A stretch of DNA of 64,000 nt from Candidatus Melainabacteria bacterium (GTDB lineage: Bacteria; Cyanobacteriota; Vampirovibrionia; Obscuribacterales; Obscuribacteraceae), in the NCBI GenBank assembly GCA_017307165.1, contig JAFKGK010000013.1, forward strand, positions 14,520 to 78,519. Direction: 5' to 3'. The notes beneath the pieces were generated by a model. It was not told the origin of the DNA, ran no database searches, and was given only the letters and a program-made list of their open reading frames with translations. The position numbers and the translations under genes were made by a program. Positions 1 to 10,591 of this stretch are shown here, piece by piece; position 1 is the stretch's first letter, and each line of letters begins with the position of its first letter.

Positions 1-1
1 G

Positions 2-1048
2 CTCAAGAGTCAATTGGCCGATATGGAGCAACAGACGCTCCAGCCAAATTTTTGGAACGATCAAAAAGAATCGCAAGCCCTGACGCAAAAGATGAGCCGT
101 ATAAAGGAGCTCATCGAGCGGCGCGAAGGTTGGTCCACTCGCATGCGCGACATCCGCGACTACGGCGAGTACGCCAACGATGCCGAGGGGACACCCGATG
201 CCGACGAAGCAGAAAAGCAGATGAAGGCACTGATCGAGGATCTGGACCGCGAACTCACCAAATTTGAATTGACTCGTCTTTTTGATGGCGAGTACGACGA
301 TTCCACGGCCATAGTGACGATCAATGCCGGGGCTGGTGGTACCGATGCCCAGGACTGGACCGAGATGATGCTGCGCATGTACTCGCGCTGGTGCGAAAAG
401 CGTGGCTTCAAGATCGAATTATTGGATCAGTCTCCTGGCGAAGAAGCAGGCCTCAAGAGTGCGACCTTTAGGGTCGAAGGCCCCTTTGCCTATGGCTATC
501 TTTCTTGCGAAAAAGGCGTGCACCGCTTGGTGCGCAAGAGCCCCTTCAAGCAAGGCAATGATTCGCGCCAGACGAGTTTTGCAGCTTTGGATGTCTCGCC
601 GATCATGGACGATCTCCAATCGCTGGTCGAGATCAAAGATGATGATATCGAAATCGACACTATGAGATCCGGTGGAGCAGGCGGCCAAAACGTCAACAAA
701 GTTGAGTCAGCTGTGCGAATCGTTCACAAACCAACGGGCATCGCAGTCAAATGCCAGCAAGAAAGAAGTCAGCTACAAAACAAGGCTCTAGCCATGGACC
801 TTTTGCGCTCTCGCCTCCTCGCTCTTAAGCAGGCTGAAAGAGAAGAAGAATTGGCGCGCCTCAAGGGAGATACCGTGCAGGCAACTTTTGGCAATGCCAT
901 CAGGTCATATGTGCTCGACGACAGGCTGGTCAAGGACAATCGGACCAAGCATGAAACGCCTCGAGTCGAGGCTGTGCTCGATGGCGATCTCGATGATTTT
1001 GTGGAGTCATATTTGCGCTTTAAAGCCGTTCAAAAGCAGCAGACTTGA
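2..1048 (+). CDS. prfB: Peptide chain release factor 2, 5'-truncated at window edge
   Basis: The reading frame is open from the first base of the window. The translation aligns to RF2 from about residue 30 onward and carries the GGQ loop ([20 protein letters not shown]) and an RF2-type domain. The true start and the programmed +1 frameshift site would lie upstream of the window. Confidence 0.9.
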   Translation, partial: LKSQLADMEQQTLQPNFWNDQKESQALTQKMSRIKELIERREGWSTRMRDIRDYGEYANDAEGTPDADEAEKQMKALIEDLDRELTKFELTRLFDGEYDDSTAIVTINAGAGGTDAQDWTEMMLRMYSRWCEKRGFKIELLDQSPGEEAGLKSATFRVEGPFAYGYLSCEKGVHRLVRKSPFKQGNDSRQTSFAALDVSPIMDDLQSLVEIKDDDIEIDTMRSGGAGGQNVNKVESAVRIVHKPTGIAVKCQQERSQLQNKALAMDLLRSRLLALKQAEREEELARLKGDTVQATFGNAIRSYVLDDRLVKDNRTKHETPRVEAVLDGDLDDFVESYLRFKAVQKQQT

Positions 1049-1771
1049 AAACTAAACAAAACCTTAAGGCCTACTAATGTCAAGCGCTCGCAAGCCGGAA
1101 TATCTGGCCCATTGGGCGTTTCCGGGCTTTTGGTCCGCAAGCTGCGCTACCCGTTGCGAGACGCATTAACGAAACAAAATCATGGCTTTCTTTGAACTTA
1201 GCGCAACTACCGGGCAAAACCAGACAATTTGACTACCCCAAAATTGCTTTTGAACATAGGCTTGTTTCACCTCATCGACAGCTTGAGTTTTTGTCAGCCT
1301 GTGGCGTTTTACAAATTATTGACAACTCCCCAAAAACCGGTTCAGTCATGCCCTTAGTCTTTTCTTTAGGTTCGCGCAGCAACCCTTATAAGGACTGCGC
1401 AAAAATGTTTGGCCCCATCCACACCTTTTGATACGTTGAATATATTCATTCGCATTCCTCACTCACTTCGGAAAACCCAAGCAAAACCTCCAAAACCCTC
1501 TCAGCGCTATCCCCACCAGACAAGGCATCCCCACCCACTGCGGTTCCGGGTCCACACGGCTTATAAAAGACCATGGGATAAGCGCGCTAATCATTAGTTT
1601 GATCGAGAGAGTTAAAAGAGAAATGCAAGGCAATCCTTAGTAGGTGTGGTTTTTTCTGCCGCACTTCCTCAGATGTTCTCGTCGCGTACGCTTGCCGTCG
1701 ATCGATCGAGAGCATTAGTTGAAGTCGTCGTTGTCGATGAATCGACTTAACCTTCAAAGAAGGAGAAATCT

Positions 1772-3970
1772 ATGTCGGAAAACACTCAAAACCTCGAGGA
1801 GCTGCTGGGACTTAAGCCGCTCGTCGAGGAATCGATCACGTTTCCGGAGTTCTTGAAGTCCCTCAAGGACCATCCGGATCGAGTGGATACGGCGGCGGCG
1901 CGCCTCGTGCGAGCTGTGGAAGAGAAGGGCATCGTCTCCCCCGAGGAGGCAGGCCCCGATCGCCGTGCCTACATTCAGCTGTTGAAGGAACTGCGCATTC
2001 CCGCGTACAAGGCCTTCGACCACGTTCGCGGAGCTCAGCGATTTGCCCATCGTCTGATGACTCACTACAAGTCGGCGGCCAAGAACGGTTACCAGATGCG
2101 GCAGGCCCTCGTGCTGCTCTCTGGCCCCGGCGCCGGCAAGACCATGCTCGGCGATGCCCTGTCGCAGATCCTCGAAGGCGAGGACGTCTGGGCTGTCGAA
2201 GGCTGCCCCATCGGCGAAAACCCCATCAACCTCCTGACCCTGCTCACCGCCGAACAGCGCCTCAAGCTGTCCACGGCTCTGGGCATGCGCACGGAGAAGG
2301 GCGGCGTCTTTGTCGACAAGCTCGAAGAGCTGATGCTGACCGCTCAGGAGCCGTGCGAGCACTGCTTCAAGAAGGTCATGGGCGTCGAGAAGGGCGAAGG
2401 CGGCGCCGACGCGGCACATCCCAACCTGTCGACGATGAAGGTGCAGCGCATCCGCCTGTCCTCGCGTACCAACGGTCTGTCGGTCTGGAGTCCTTCCAAG
2501 GACGGCTCCGGCTGCGACCTCCATGGCGCGCTCGTGCAGGCCAACCGTGGCGTCGTCCGTCTGCTGGAGGCCTTCTCGGCCAACGGCGTCAAGGAAGGCG
2601 AAGTCTCCGAGCTGTCGCTCCTGCTCGAGGCCACCGACAGCCGTCGCGTGCCTTCGGGTACGGGCTCCGGCTGCAGCCAGTCCAACGGCTGGACGCATCT
2701 GGACCAGAACATCGTCATCGAGTCCAACCCGGGCGCCTGGAAGGGCTTCCTGGATGCCCAGCCGGACCGCGCTGCCTACCTGCGCCGCACGCGCGTGCTG
2801 TACATGCCGTACAACACCGTCGTCTCCGAAGAAGCGGAAGCTTATAAGGATGCGCTTCACAAGTTCAAGGCGCGTCCCGAGTACGACCCGCTGGCCCTGC
2901 GGCTCATGGCGATCCTCGCCGTGGCCAGCCGCATGATCGCCGACTCGTCCAAGACGGCCGGCGTCGATCTGGGCACCCGCATCCGCCTCTACGACGGCGA
3001 GCAGATCGTGCTGCCCAAGACGGTCTCGGCCGTCAAGGACGCACCGAGCCCGTACAACAACTACGGCGGCGCTGCCTCCATCGGCGGTGCCTCCAACGCC
3101 AAGAGCGAAGAGAAGAAATCGGCCACGGTCGAGGACATCTGGAAGCTCGCTGGCGAAGACGAGGCCAAGGTCGGTCTCAACATGGGCTTCATGCTCGCCG
3201 CGCTCTCTCGCATCAACGAGGTGGCGCTGAGCACGCCCAAGAAGGTCGCTCCTGCTCTGGCCGTCCTCGGCTGGCTGCAGACCATCGTCCAGATGGCGAA
3301 GGAAGTGCCCGACATCTCGAAAGAGGAACGGGAAGCCTACGAGCGCAGCCTCAAGTTCCTCAAGCCCCTGCAGACGCGTACGCAGGCCGGCTCCGACGGA
3401 GAATCGCTGATGGAAGCGGAATATCGTCGGCTGTTGCGTCAACAGTTTCTTTCCGTCTTTGCTCCTGACTACGACTCGCGGGCCAACAACCTCAACGAGA
3501 AGTACTGGGAGCACGCCATGGCTTCGGCCCAGGGCAAGGAGGTGTTCGACCCCGAGACCAAGCGCAAGCTGGCCGTGGACGTTCCTTTCATGTCCAAGAT
3601 CGAAGTCGCGATGGGCAAGACCGGCGACGAGGCCACTCGTTTCCGCTCGAGCCTGGTCGGCGAAAAGGCGATCCTGATCCAGGCACAGCTCAAGAAGTCC
3701 CAGGCGACTGGCGACGACTCGACTGGCCCCTTGGTCTTCGACTGGAAGCTCCATCCGGAGATCAAGAAGGCGATCAGCAAGATCCTCGACGAGGAGATCG
3801 CGGCCAAGGTGTCCAAGCTGCTCACCACCGAATTCGGCCTGACCGAAGAGGAGGAGAGCCTGCGCAAGGACTCCATGGACCGCCTCAAGGCGTTGGGGTA
3901 CTCCGAGGCCACGTTGGAAGTGGCGCTCAACTACTTCAAGGAAAACGAGCTCTGGAAGGTCAGCGAATAA
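1772..3970 (+). CDS. PrkA-family serine protein kinase paralog 1 (divergent; AAA-like N-domain with Walker A GPGAGKT)
   Basis: A 732-aa protein with an RBS (aaggag) 6 nt upstream of the ATG. It has the PrkA/YeaG architecture: an N-terminal P-loop (LLSGPGAGKTMLGD) and a weaker C-terminal kinase-like region (QANRGVVRLLEAF versus canonical RANQGIMEFVEMF). It is more divergent than the downstream paralog. Confidence 0.75.
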   Translation: MSENTQNLEELLGLKPLVEESITFPEFLKSLKDHPDRVDTAAARLVRAVEEKGIVSPEEAGPDRRAYIQLLKELRIPAYKAFDHVRGAQRFAHRLMTHYKSAAKNGYQMRQALVLLSGPGAGKTMLGDALSQILEGEDVWAVEGCPIGENPINLLTLLTAEQRLKLSTALGMRTEKGGVFVDKLEELMLTAQEPCEHCFKKVMGVEKGEGGADAAHPNLSTMKVQRIRLSSRTNGLSVWSPSKDGSGCDLHGALVQANRGVVRLLEAFSANGVKEGEVSELSLLLEATDSRRVPSGTGSGCSQSNGWTHLDQNIVIESNPGAWKGFLDAQPDRAAYLRRTRVLYMPYNTVVSEEAEAYKDALHKFKARPEYDPLALRLMAILAVASRMIADSSKTAGVDLGTRIRLYDGEQIVLPKTVSAVKDAPSPYNNYGGAASIGGASNAKSEEKKSATVEDIWKLAGEDEAKVGLNMGFMLAALSRINEVALSTPKKVAPALAVLGWLQTIVQMAKEVPDISKEEREAYERSLKFLKPLQTRTQAGSDGESLMEAEYRRLLRQQFLSVFAPDYDSRANNLNEKYWEHAMASAQGKEVFDPETKRKLAVDVPFMSKIEVAMGKTGDEATRFRSSLVGEKAILIQAQLKKSQATGDDSTGPLVFDWKLHPEIKKAISKILDEEIAAKVSKLLTTEFGLTEEEESLRKDSMDRLKALGYSEATLEVALNYFKENELWKVSE

Positions 3971-4045
3971 CCCTGGTGCGGCGCCTCGTCGCACCCCATC
4001 TCGCTACCCTCTGTTCTTCAAACATCTGAACGAAAGGTGAATCTC

Positions 4046-6259
4046 ATGAACACGAACATCAATTCCATCCTGGTTCCGGACTCCAAGAAGCTGTGGCTCC
4101 CCGAAGAGCCCTTCTCCGGTTCCTTCCGCGACTTCCTTCCCCACGCCATGGAGAACCCGTTCTCCGTCGCGTCCGCCAAGGCCCAGCTGTGGCGCCTGAT
4201 CATGCGCCAGGGCATCGACGAGGAGCGCACCGCGCGCCTCCAGGCCAAGTTCGGCACCTACATCCCCGCCTACAACGCCTTCAAGGAGTTCTACGGCGTG
4301 GAGCGTCAGATCCACATCGTCGTGGCTGACTACCTCGGCGCTGCCGTCAACGGCGGTGAAGCCGACAACCAGGTCCTCGTCATGATCGGGCCCAAGGGCT
4401 CGGGCAAGTCGCAGGGCGTCAAGAAGATGAAGACGATCCTCAAGTCGTCCGAACCCCTGCCGTTCCTGGCGGGCAGCCCGATGCGCGGCAACCCGCTCAA
4501 CCTGCTCTACATGATCCCGGTCGTGGCCAAGGCCAAGGCGATCGCCAACAAGACCTCGCTGGCCAAGGCCCGCGCGGAAATCCTGGCGTCGATCGGCCTG
4601 GACGGCAAGGAAGGCGGCGTGCAGCTCAACTTCGCCAACAACGAAGTGCAGCGCGTCTTCCGTCAGGCCGGCGTGGACAAGGCCAACTTCGAAGGCCTGT
4701 GCCAGATCGAAGACGAAGAGCTGCTGGTGTCCGCGATCGTGTTCGGCATGAACCTGCCGCGCTCGACCCGCAACAACATCGGCCGCCCCGACCCCTTCGT
4801 CAAGGCGCACGCGCTGGGCAAGTTCGGCTTCGAGCAGCACGAGCTGGGCAACTACCCGATCGACTCGTTCTTCTTCGAGGACGACCAGGAAGGCTCCGTC
4901 GGCATCTCGAGCGTGAAGGAAGTTCAGCCCCTGAACTTCGACATGCGCGTGATGATCGGTGAGGAAGACATCGCCAAGCTGGGCATGGTCGACCGCGACG
5001 ATCCGCGCTCGGTCCGCCTGAACGGCGCCTACAACCTCGCCAACCGCGGCATCCTGGAGTTCGTCGAGGGCTTCAAGAACCCGAAGGAAGCGCACCGCTC
5101 GGTGCTGGAAGCCACGCAGGACAAGTCGGTTCCGGCTCCGGACCCGATGCGCATGAACCTGCACTTCGACGGCGTGATCATCTATCACTCCAACTTCCCC
5201 GAGTTCCGCGAGTTCGGCAGCGAGCCCAAGAACGAGCCGTACCTGGACCGTATGGTCAAGGTCAACTGGCCGTACCCGCTGGAAGCCTCGGCGCAGCGCC
5301 GCGTCGTGGTCAAGCTGCTCGACCGCACCGACTTCGCCAAGCCCAAGGACGAGGGCGGCGTGCACTTCGAGCCGATCGTGCCGGACTTCCTGGCGCGGTT
5401 CGCGGTGCTGACCCGTCTGTCCGACTCCCAGAAGGTGGCCGACCCGATGATGAAGCTCGAGGCCTATGACGGCAACGAGGGTCGTCTGCGTGGCCTGGGC
5501 ATCAAGGTCGACGTCCGCGCCCTCATGATCGAGGCCGGCGCCGACGAAGGCATGGACGGCGTTTCGCCCCGTTTCATCGACAAGATCCTCACCGGTCTGG
5601 CCTCGCAGGCCAAGTCGGCGGGTCGTACGGCGGTGACTCTGCGTGAGGTGCGTGAGCGCCTCTTCGAAGAGATCGGGCTGATCGGCGACAAGAAGACCCG
5701 TGAGAAGTACGAGACCTTCGTGGTCAAGCACCTCGACACGTGGCAGCGCAAGGTCCGCGCGCGCATCCTGCGTGCGGCGCACGTCGAGGGCTTCAAGACC
5801 CAGTGCCAGGAGCAGTTCCGCAAGTACCTGGACAACGTGCAGGCCTTCAACTCCAACAAGCCGGCCTCGGTGCAGTACGGCACCCGTCGCGGTCCTGACG
5901 AGAACTTCATGCGTCAGATCGAGGCGGATCCGGAGCTGAACATCACGTCGGCCCAGGCCGACAAGTTCCGCAGCGAGGTCATCGCGGTGATGTCCGGCTA
6001 CATGCAGGAGCACAAGACCCTGGATGTGCCGTACACCGCGTACGAGCCGCTGGCGCGCGCCATCGAGCGCTTCGTCTGCGCCATGGTCGCCTCGGCGACC
6101 CGCATCCTCACCTTCAGCAACGCCGTGTCCGACGAAGAGAAGCGCAAGCTGAACTCCGTCAAGCGTCGCCTGATCGAGGATCACGGCTACGACGAGTACA
6201 CCGCCGACGAGCTGCTGCGCGAGGCGGAAGAGACCAAGGACTTCCTGAAGGAGGTCTGA
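4046..6259 (+). CDS. prkA: PrkA/YeaG-family serine protein kinase paralog 2 (canonical)
   Basis: The ATG at 4046 is preceded by gaaagg (the track begins at a GTG at 4037). It has a Walker A (MIGPKGSGKS). LANRGILEFVEGFKNPKEAH..ATQD and FDGVIIYHSNFPEF match the conserved PrkA/YeaG blocks. Confidence 0.8.
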   Translation: MNTNINSILVPDSKKLWLPEEPFSGSFRDFLPHAMENPFSVASAKAQLWRLIMRQGIDEERTARLQAKFGTYIPAYNAFKEFYGVERQIHIVVADYLGAAVNGGEADNQVLVMIGPKGSGKSQGVKKMKTILKSSEPLPFLAGSPMRGNPLNLLYMIPVVAKAKAIANKTSLAKARAEILASIGLDGKEGGVQLNFANNEVQRVFRQAGVDKANFEGLCQIEDEELLVSAIVFGMNLPRSTRNNIGRPDPFVKAHALGKFGFEQHELGNYPIDSFFFEDDQEGSVGISSVKEVQPLNFDMRVMIGEEDIAKLGMVDRDDPRSVRLNGAYNLANRGILEFVEGFKNPKEAHRSVLEATQDKSVPAPDPMRMNLHFDGVIIYHSNFPEFREFGSEPKNEPYLDRMVKVNWPYPLEASAQRRVVVKLLDRTDFAKPKDEGGVHFEPIVPDFLARFAVLTRLSDSQKVADPMMKLEAYDGNEGRLRGLGIKVDVRALMIEAGADEGMDGVSPRFIDKILTGLASQAKSAGRTAVTLREVRERLFEEIGLIGDKKTREKYETFVVKHLDTWQRKVRARILRAAHVEGFKTQCQEQFRKYLDNVQAFNSNKPASVQYGTRRGPDENFMRQIEADPELNITSAQADKFRSEVIAVMSGYMQEHKTLDVPYTAYEPLARAIERFVCAMVASATRILTFSNAVSDEEKRKLNSVKRRLIEDHGYDEYTADELLREAEETKDFLKEV

Positions 6260-6496
6260 TCCTGACGGCCTGACGGCCTGAGTGGACCAGCCTTCCTAAC
6301 CGACGAGGGGGACATCGGGCAACCGGTGTCTCCTTCATTTTGGCGGTAAGGGAGCCCAGAGGTTTCGTAGCTCGAGTCTATAAGGAGGCGAGAGGTGTGT
6401 CACCAGCAATGGTGGCATGCCTTTTCGCCTTTCTTTTTTTGTAGCGAAATTTCTGAACAAGCTTCCCCAGTCTAAAACCTCGAACAGGAGATCCAT

Positions 6497-7822
6497 ATGT
6501 CTAACGAACTCGATAAAGAGGTCGTTGCGACCGGTGGTGATACCGCTCAGAACACCGGCTCCGACCAGAACCAGGATCTGGGTGCCACCAACAGTGCACC
6601 GACCAGTCCGACCAACAAGATCGGACTCTTCAACGCGATGAACTCCCCGTTTCCGCTGGCGAACACCACGCGCGCCATGCTGAACGGGGGCATCATCGTC
6701 ACTCCGCCCAATCCCTCGGGCGGCGACCGTACGCGCGAAGACCGCGATCGCCACAAGGATCGCATCCGCGACCAGATCAAGCCCCAGCTGCCCGGCATCA
6801 TCGGCACCACGCCGATCTTTGGTGACGGCGGCAAGGTCAAGGTCCCGGTCAAGGGCGGCTACGAGCCCAAGTGGCGCTATGGCCGTGACCCCAAGGGCGG
6901 TGGCGGCGGCGGTGGCGGCGAAGCTGGCGACAACGCCGGCGAGCTCATCTACGTCGAGATCTCGATGGAAGAGCTGATCGAGATGCTCTTTGCCGACATG
7001 GAATTGCCGGACATGCTCAAGAAGCAGCTGGCGACGACCAAGGTCAAGACGTACAAGTACCGCGGCGTGCAGCCCAACGGTCCCAAGCCGCGTCTGCGCA
7101 AGAACGACACGGCCAAGGCCCGCATCCGGCGCGCGATCGGCATGAAGAATGCCCAGCCGGAAGCCTACCAGCACGTCACCACCCACATCCCGACGATCCA
7201 GGATGTGCCCTTCCACAAGCAGGACGAGCGCTACCACCGGGTGGACGAGACCTTCGACGAGGACAGCAAGTGCGTTGTCTTCTTTGTGCTCGACCGCTCC
7301 GGCTCCATGGGCGGTGACCCGCTCATGATCGCCAAGGCGTACTTCCTGCTCAACCTGATGTTCCTCCGTACCAAGTACAAGGACGTCACGGTCGTCATGA
7401 TCGCGCACGACGGCCAGGCCTATCGCATCCGCGATGAGAAGAACTTCTACGAGATCGAGGTGGACGGCGGCACGCTGTTCATCCCGGCCTACCAGATGAC
7501 CTGGGACATCGCCCAGGCCGAGTTCCCGCCCAGCGTCTGGAACCGGTACATGTTCCATGCCACCGACGGTGTCATGTTCGAACGCCCGGAAGAAGTCGCC
7601 GGCTGGTTCACCAAGCTGGTCAAGGGCAACTTCAACTTCCTCGGCTACCTGGAAATCGATCCGGGTCTCTGGGGCGGTGGCGGTGGCTGGCAAACCGGCG
7701 GCAAGGCACTCTTGACCCTCCCTGAGGAGATCGCAAAGCACGTGGGCATGGCCAAGGCGAAAACCTTGAAGGATGTCCCCGACGCGTTCAAGGCGATCCT
7801 CACGAAGGACAAGAAGGCCTAG
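6497..7822 (+). CDS. YeaH/YhbH-family protein (DUF444, vWA-like), conserved PrkA partner
   Basis: A 441-aa protein with an RBS (aggaga) before the ATG. It has the DUF444 core with a MIDAS-like VLDRSGSMGG. It also has Gly-rich low-complexity inserts (GGGGGGGGEAG; GGGGGWQTGG). It sits in the expected position between prkA and spoVR. Confidence 0.8.
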   Translation: MSNELDKEVVATGGDTAQNTGSDQNQDLGATNSAPTSPTNKIGLFNAMNSPFPLANTTRAMLNGGIIVTPPNPSGGDRTREDRDRHKDRIRDQIKPQLPGIIGTTPIFGDGGKVKVPVKGGYEPKWRYGRDPKGGGGGGGGEAGDNAGELIYVEISMEELIEMLFADMELPDMLKKQLATTKVKTYKYRGVQPNGPKPRLRKNDTAKARIRRAIGMKNAQPEAYQHVTTHIPTIQDVPFHKQDERYHRVDETFDEDSKCVVFFVLDRSGSMGGDPLMIAKAYFLLNLMFLRTKYKDVTVVMIAHDGQAYRIRDEKNFYEIEVDGGTLFIPAYQMTWDIAQAEFPPSVWNRYMFHATDGVMFERPEEVAGWFTKLVKGNFNFLGYLEIDPGLWGGGGGWQTGGKALLTLPEEIAKHVGMAKAKTLKDVPDAFKAILTKDKKA

Positions 7823-7854
7823 GCCTTTTTCCTAACCTTTAAAAGGAGCCTGAT

Positions 7855-9699
7855 ATGACTGACAAAACTCGTTTCCAGGAGCAGCCGCTCGCCACCAACA
7901 TCATGATGTGGGATGGTCGGCTGCAGAAGGCCGCCAAGCGCTTCAAGCTCGCTCCCTATCCGACCCGCTACGAAATGGTCACTGACGACCAGATGGTTCG
8001 CCTCATCCCTTACACGATGTTGCCGAGCCGCTATCGTCACTGGTCTTTCGGCAAGCGCTACGAGGAGCAGGCCAAAAACTTCGGCGGTCACATCTTCGAA
8101 GCTGTGATCAATTCCAACCCCAGCTTCTGCTACCTCGGCGTCACCAATCTGATGCCGATGCAGGTGCTGGTGATGGGCCACGCGACCTATGGTCACGTGG
8201 ACTTCTTCGCCAACAACCACCTCTTCCGTGAATCCGGCGCCGACTACATCGTCGAGAAGCTGGCCCAGCACGGCGAGTTCGTCAAGAACCTGATCGAGGA
8301 CCCGACCTACGGCGTCGGCAAGGTCGAATACATCCTCGACGCGGCCCACGCGCTCGACGACCACATCGGCTGGCTGCCGACCAACAAGGATCGCGTCAAG
8401 GAACCCGAGCTGCGCAAGCAGCTCGAAGCCGAGCTGATCAACCTGACCCAAAAGCGCAACGCCTCCATCTCGGAGTTCGAGCGCACCGGGCTGGACGAGC
8501 AGATCAAGGAGCTCAACGACCAGCTCCGCCGCGATCCGATCGCTCCCACCGATGATGTCCTCGGCTACATCATCAAGAACAACCCGCGCCTCACCGAAAA
8601 GGAGCGCGGCCTGCTCGCCATCGTGCGTGACGAAGGACGCTACCTGCAGCCGCAGGCGCGCACCAAGATCATGAACGAAGGCTGGGCGTCGTTCTGGGAA
8701 AAGTATCTCCTGCTGCAGCCGGAAGTCGGCATCGCCGGCACCAACTGGGCGCTGGAGATGTCCTCGTACTGGTCGATGCATGATCGCCAGGCGTCGGACT
8801 TCTACTTCAACCCCTACACCCTCGGTCTGTGCATCTTCGAGCACATCTTTGAGACGTACTGCACCGACGAAACCGAAGTCGAGGTGGAGCGTCCGACCTA
8901 CACCACGCGTCCGGCGACCGAGGAAGACGAGCGCGACGAATACCTGATCAAGTCGCTCAACGGCGAAGTGATCGAGTGGACCGGCGAGCTCGAGCGCGTC
9001 AAGACCATGCAGCGCGACATCAGCAAGATGCTCGCGGTGCGTGAAAACTTCGAGGACAAGACCTTCATCCGCCAGTTCCTCACCGAGGAATTGATCGAGA
9101 AGATCAACATGAAGGCCCTGAAGTGGCTGACGCGCACCATCCGCATGGTCTCCGACCTGCTGATCACGCGCGGCTTCAATCCGCAGCTGGCGGCTCCGGA
9201 TCCGCTGCCCTACTCGCTCGAAGAGCTGATGGGCATCATCGAAAAGTGGAACGAACTGGCCGAGACCGGACAGCAGATGCAGCAGATGGGGATGCCGCCT
9301 TTCCCGGTGCATCCGCAGACGCTCAAGTCGCTGGCCACGATCATCCAGATCGTCGCTGCTTTCGACCAGGACAAGAAGAAGTTCCGCAAGATGATGGTCA
9401 TGCGCACTGGCTACCACTCGGTGCCGGTGATCAAGATCGTCGACGGCGGTCCGCTCTCCTTGAACGACAACACCGGCACGCTGACCCTGGCGCACCACTT
9501 CGATCCCGATTATGGCTTCCTTCTGCAGTCGGAATGCCGCGACACGGTCAAGTTTGCCGTGCGCATCTGGGGTCGTCCGGTGCGGCTCATCACCATGGAG
9601 CAGCAGCAGGACAAGTTTGGTCGGCCCATCGGTCAGCCGCGTCCTTACGAGTACGTGAGCGACGAGGACGGTGAAGTGCGGGAGCGTTGGCTGGCCTGA
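7855..9699 (+). CDS. SpoVR/YcgB-family protein
   Basis: A 614-aa protein with an RBS (aaaggag). The SpoVR N-terminal block is present (RYRHWSFGKRYEEQ..GHIFEAVINSNP..LVMGHATYGHVDFFANN). It completes the PrkA-YeaH-SpoVR triad. Confidence 0.85.
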   Translation: MTDKTRFQEQPLATNIMMWDGRLQKAAKRFKLAPYPTRYEMVTDDQMVRLIPYTMLPSRYRHWSFGKRYEEQAKNFGGHIFEAVINSNPSFCYLGVTNLMPMQVLVMGHATYGHVDFFANNHLFRESGADYIVEKLAQHGEFVKNLIEDPTYGVGKVEYILDAAHALDDHIGWLPTNKDRVKEPELRKQLEAELINLTQKRNASISEFERTGLDEQIKELNDQLRRDPIAPTDDVLGYIIKNNPRLTEKERGLLAIVRDEGRYLQPQARTKIMNEGWASFWEKYLLLQPEVGIAGTNWALEMSSYWSMHDRQASDFYFNPYTLGLCIFEHIFETYCTDETEVEVERPTYTTRPATEEDERDEYLIKSLNGEVIEWTGELERVKTMQRDISKMLAVRENFEDKTFIRQFLTEELIEKINMKALKWLTRTIRMVSDLLITRGFNPQLAAPDPLPYSLEELMGIIEKWNELAETGQQMQQMGMPPFPVHPQTLKSLATIIQIVAAFDQDKKKFRKMMVMRTGYHSVPVIKIVDGGPLSLNDNTGTLTLAHHFDPDYGFLLQSECRDTVKFAVRIWGRPVRLITMEQQQDKFGRPIGQPRPYEYVSDEDGEVRERWLA

Positions 9700-9814
9700 T
9701 CGCAAGATCACGGCTAAGCACGCTCGATCAGATTAGGCGAGGCTTCTGCAGCAAAAGCAGGAGCCTCGTTTCCTTGTTTCACGATCGTTCATCTCTAAAG
9801 TAAAGGAGCAATCT

Positions 9815-10576
9815 ATGCATACTCACGCCAAAAACGGCGTTGGCGTCAGCGTGATCAACGCTGCGACCAACGCGAGCGCCCTCGGTGTGCTCCTCGACAA
9901 CGGCCTGCATCTCGTGCGCGTGCCTTATGGCCCGCTCAAGGTGCGGATCACCGCCCAGCACGACGTCGAAGTCGAGCTGCACTTCGAGGACCAACTCCGC
10001 CTGACCAAGCGCCTCGCCGCCGGCACGCACACGCTCGAGCGTGGCGACGACGGCATGCCGATCATGTTCGCGGCCCCCGAGTCGAGCTTCGTCTGCGTCC
10101 CCACGGACGACGACGATGCCGGCAACGCCGATCCTCGCGAATCGGTGCGGATGCCCAACTACATCGAGCAGGCGCTCAAGACCATCCGCGGCGAATCGCC
10201 GGCGCCCGTCGCCAAGACTGCGCCCGCGACTGCCGCTGCCGACGACGACGAACTGTCGTTCGGCGCCGTGACCAAGTCTGCCTCCCCGGTCGACGACAGC
10301 GCCGCTACGCTGTCCGCCGCCGACTCCGCCGATACGACGGGCGAGACCGATGCGCCGGTGCGTCAGCACCAGCACTCGGGCTTCCTCGGCGTGGTCGTGC
10401 GCTACGTCGAGCAAGCGCCGGTACCGGGTGTGGTGCCTCCGTCCTACGACGAGGCCGTGGTCACCTTCCAGCTGAACCCGCACGAGAAGCACCTCTCGGC
10501 GGTCGCAGCCAACTTCCACCGCATGGTGCCGCCGGAGCCCACCACCAAAAAGTGGTGCAGCTGCTGCCAGCACTAA
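9815..10576 (+). CDS. Hypothetical protein with acidic low-complexity middle and C-terminal WCSCCQH tail
   Basis: A 253-aa ORF with an RBS (aaaggag) on the same strand 116 bp after spoVR. Its codon usage matches its neighbours. I recognise no family. The C-terminus is KKWCSCCQH. Confidence 0.5.
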   Translation: MHTHAKNGVGVSVINAATNASALGVLLDNGLHLVRVPYGPLKVRITAQHDVEVELHFEDQLRLTKRLAAGTHTLERGDDGMPIMFAAPESSFVCVPTDDDDAGNADPRESVRMPNYIEQALKTIRGESPAPVAKTAPATAAADDDELSFGAVTKSASPVDDSAATLSAADSADTTGETDAPVRQHQHSGFLGVVVRYVEQAPVPGVVPPSYDEAVVTFQLNPHEKHLSAVAANFHRMVPPEPTTKKWCSCCQH

Positions 10577-10591
10577 GACTGGAGTAACGAT

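Noticed and set aside
14-60. RF2 programmed +1 frameshift site
   Set aside because: The prfB start and the CUU UGA shift site lie upstream of the window. The in-window frame is continuous, so nothing can be assessed here.
1754-9711. Very long antisense ORFs opposite the prkA, yeaH and spoVR genes (1754..3994, 4004..6184, 6335..7741, 7819..9711, all minus)
   Set aside because: They mirror sense-strand genes that have clear family signatures and RBSs. Their products are low-complexity Arg/Ala/Gly/Leu-rich proteins typical of stop-codon-poor antisense frames in GC-rich DNA. They have no RBSs.
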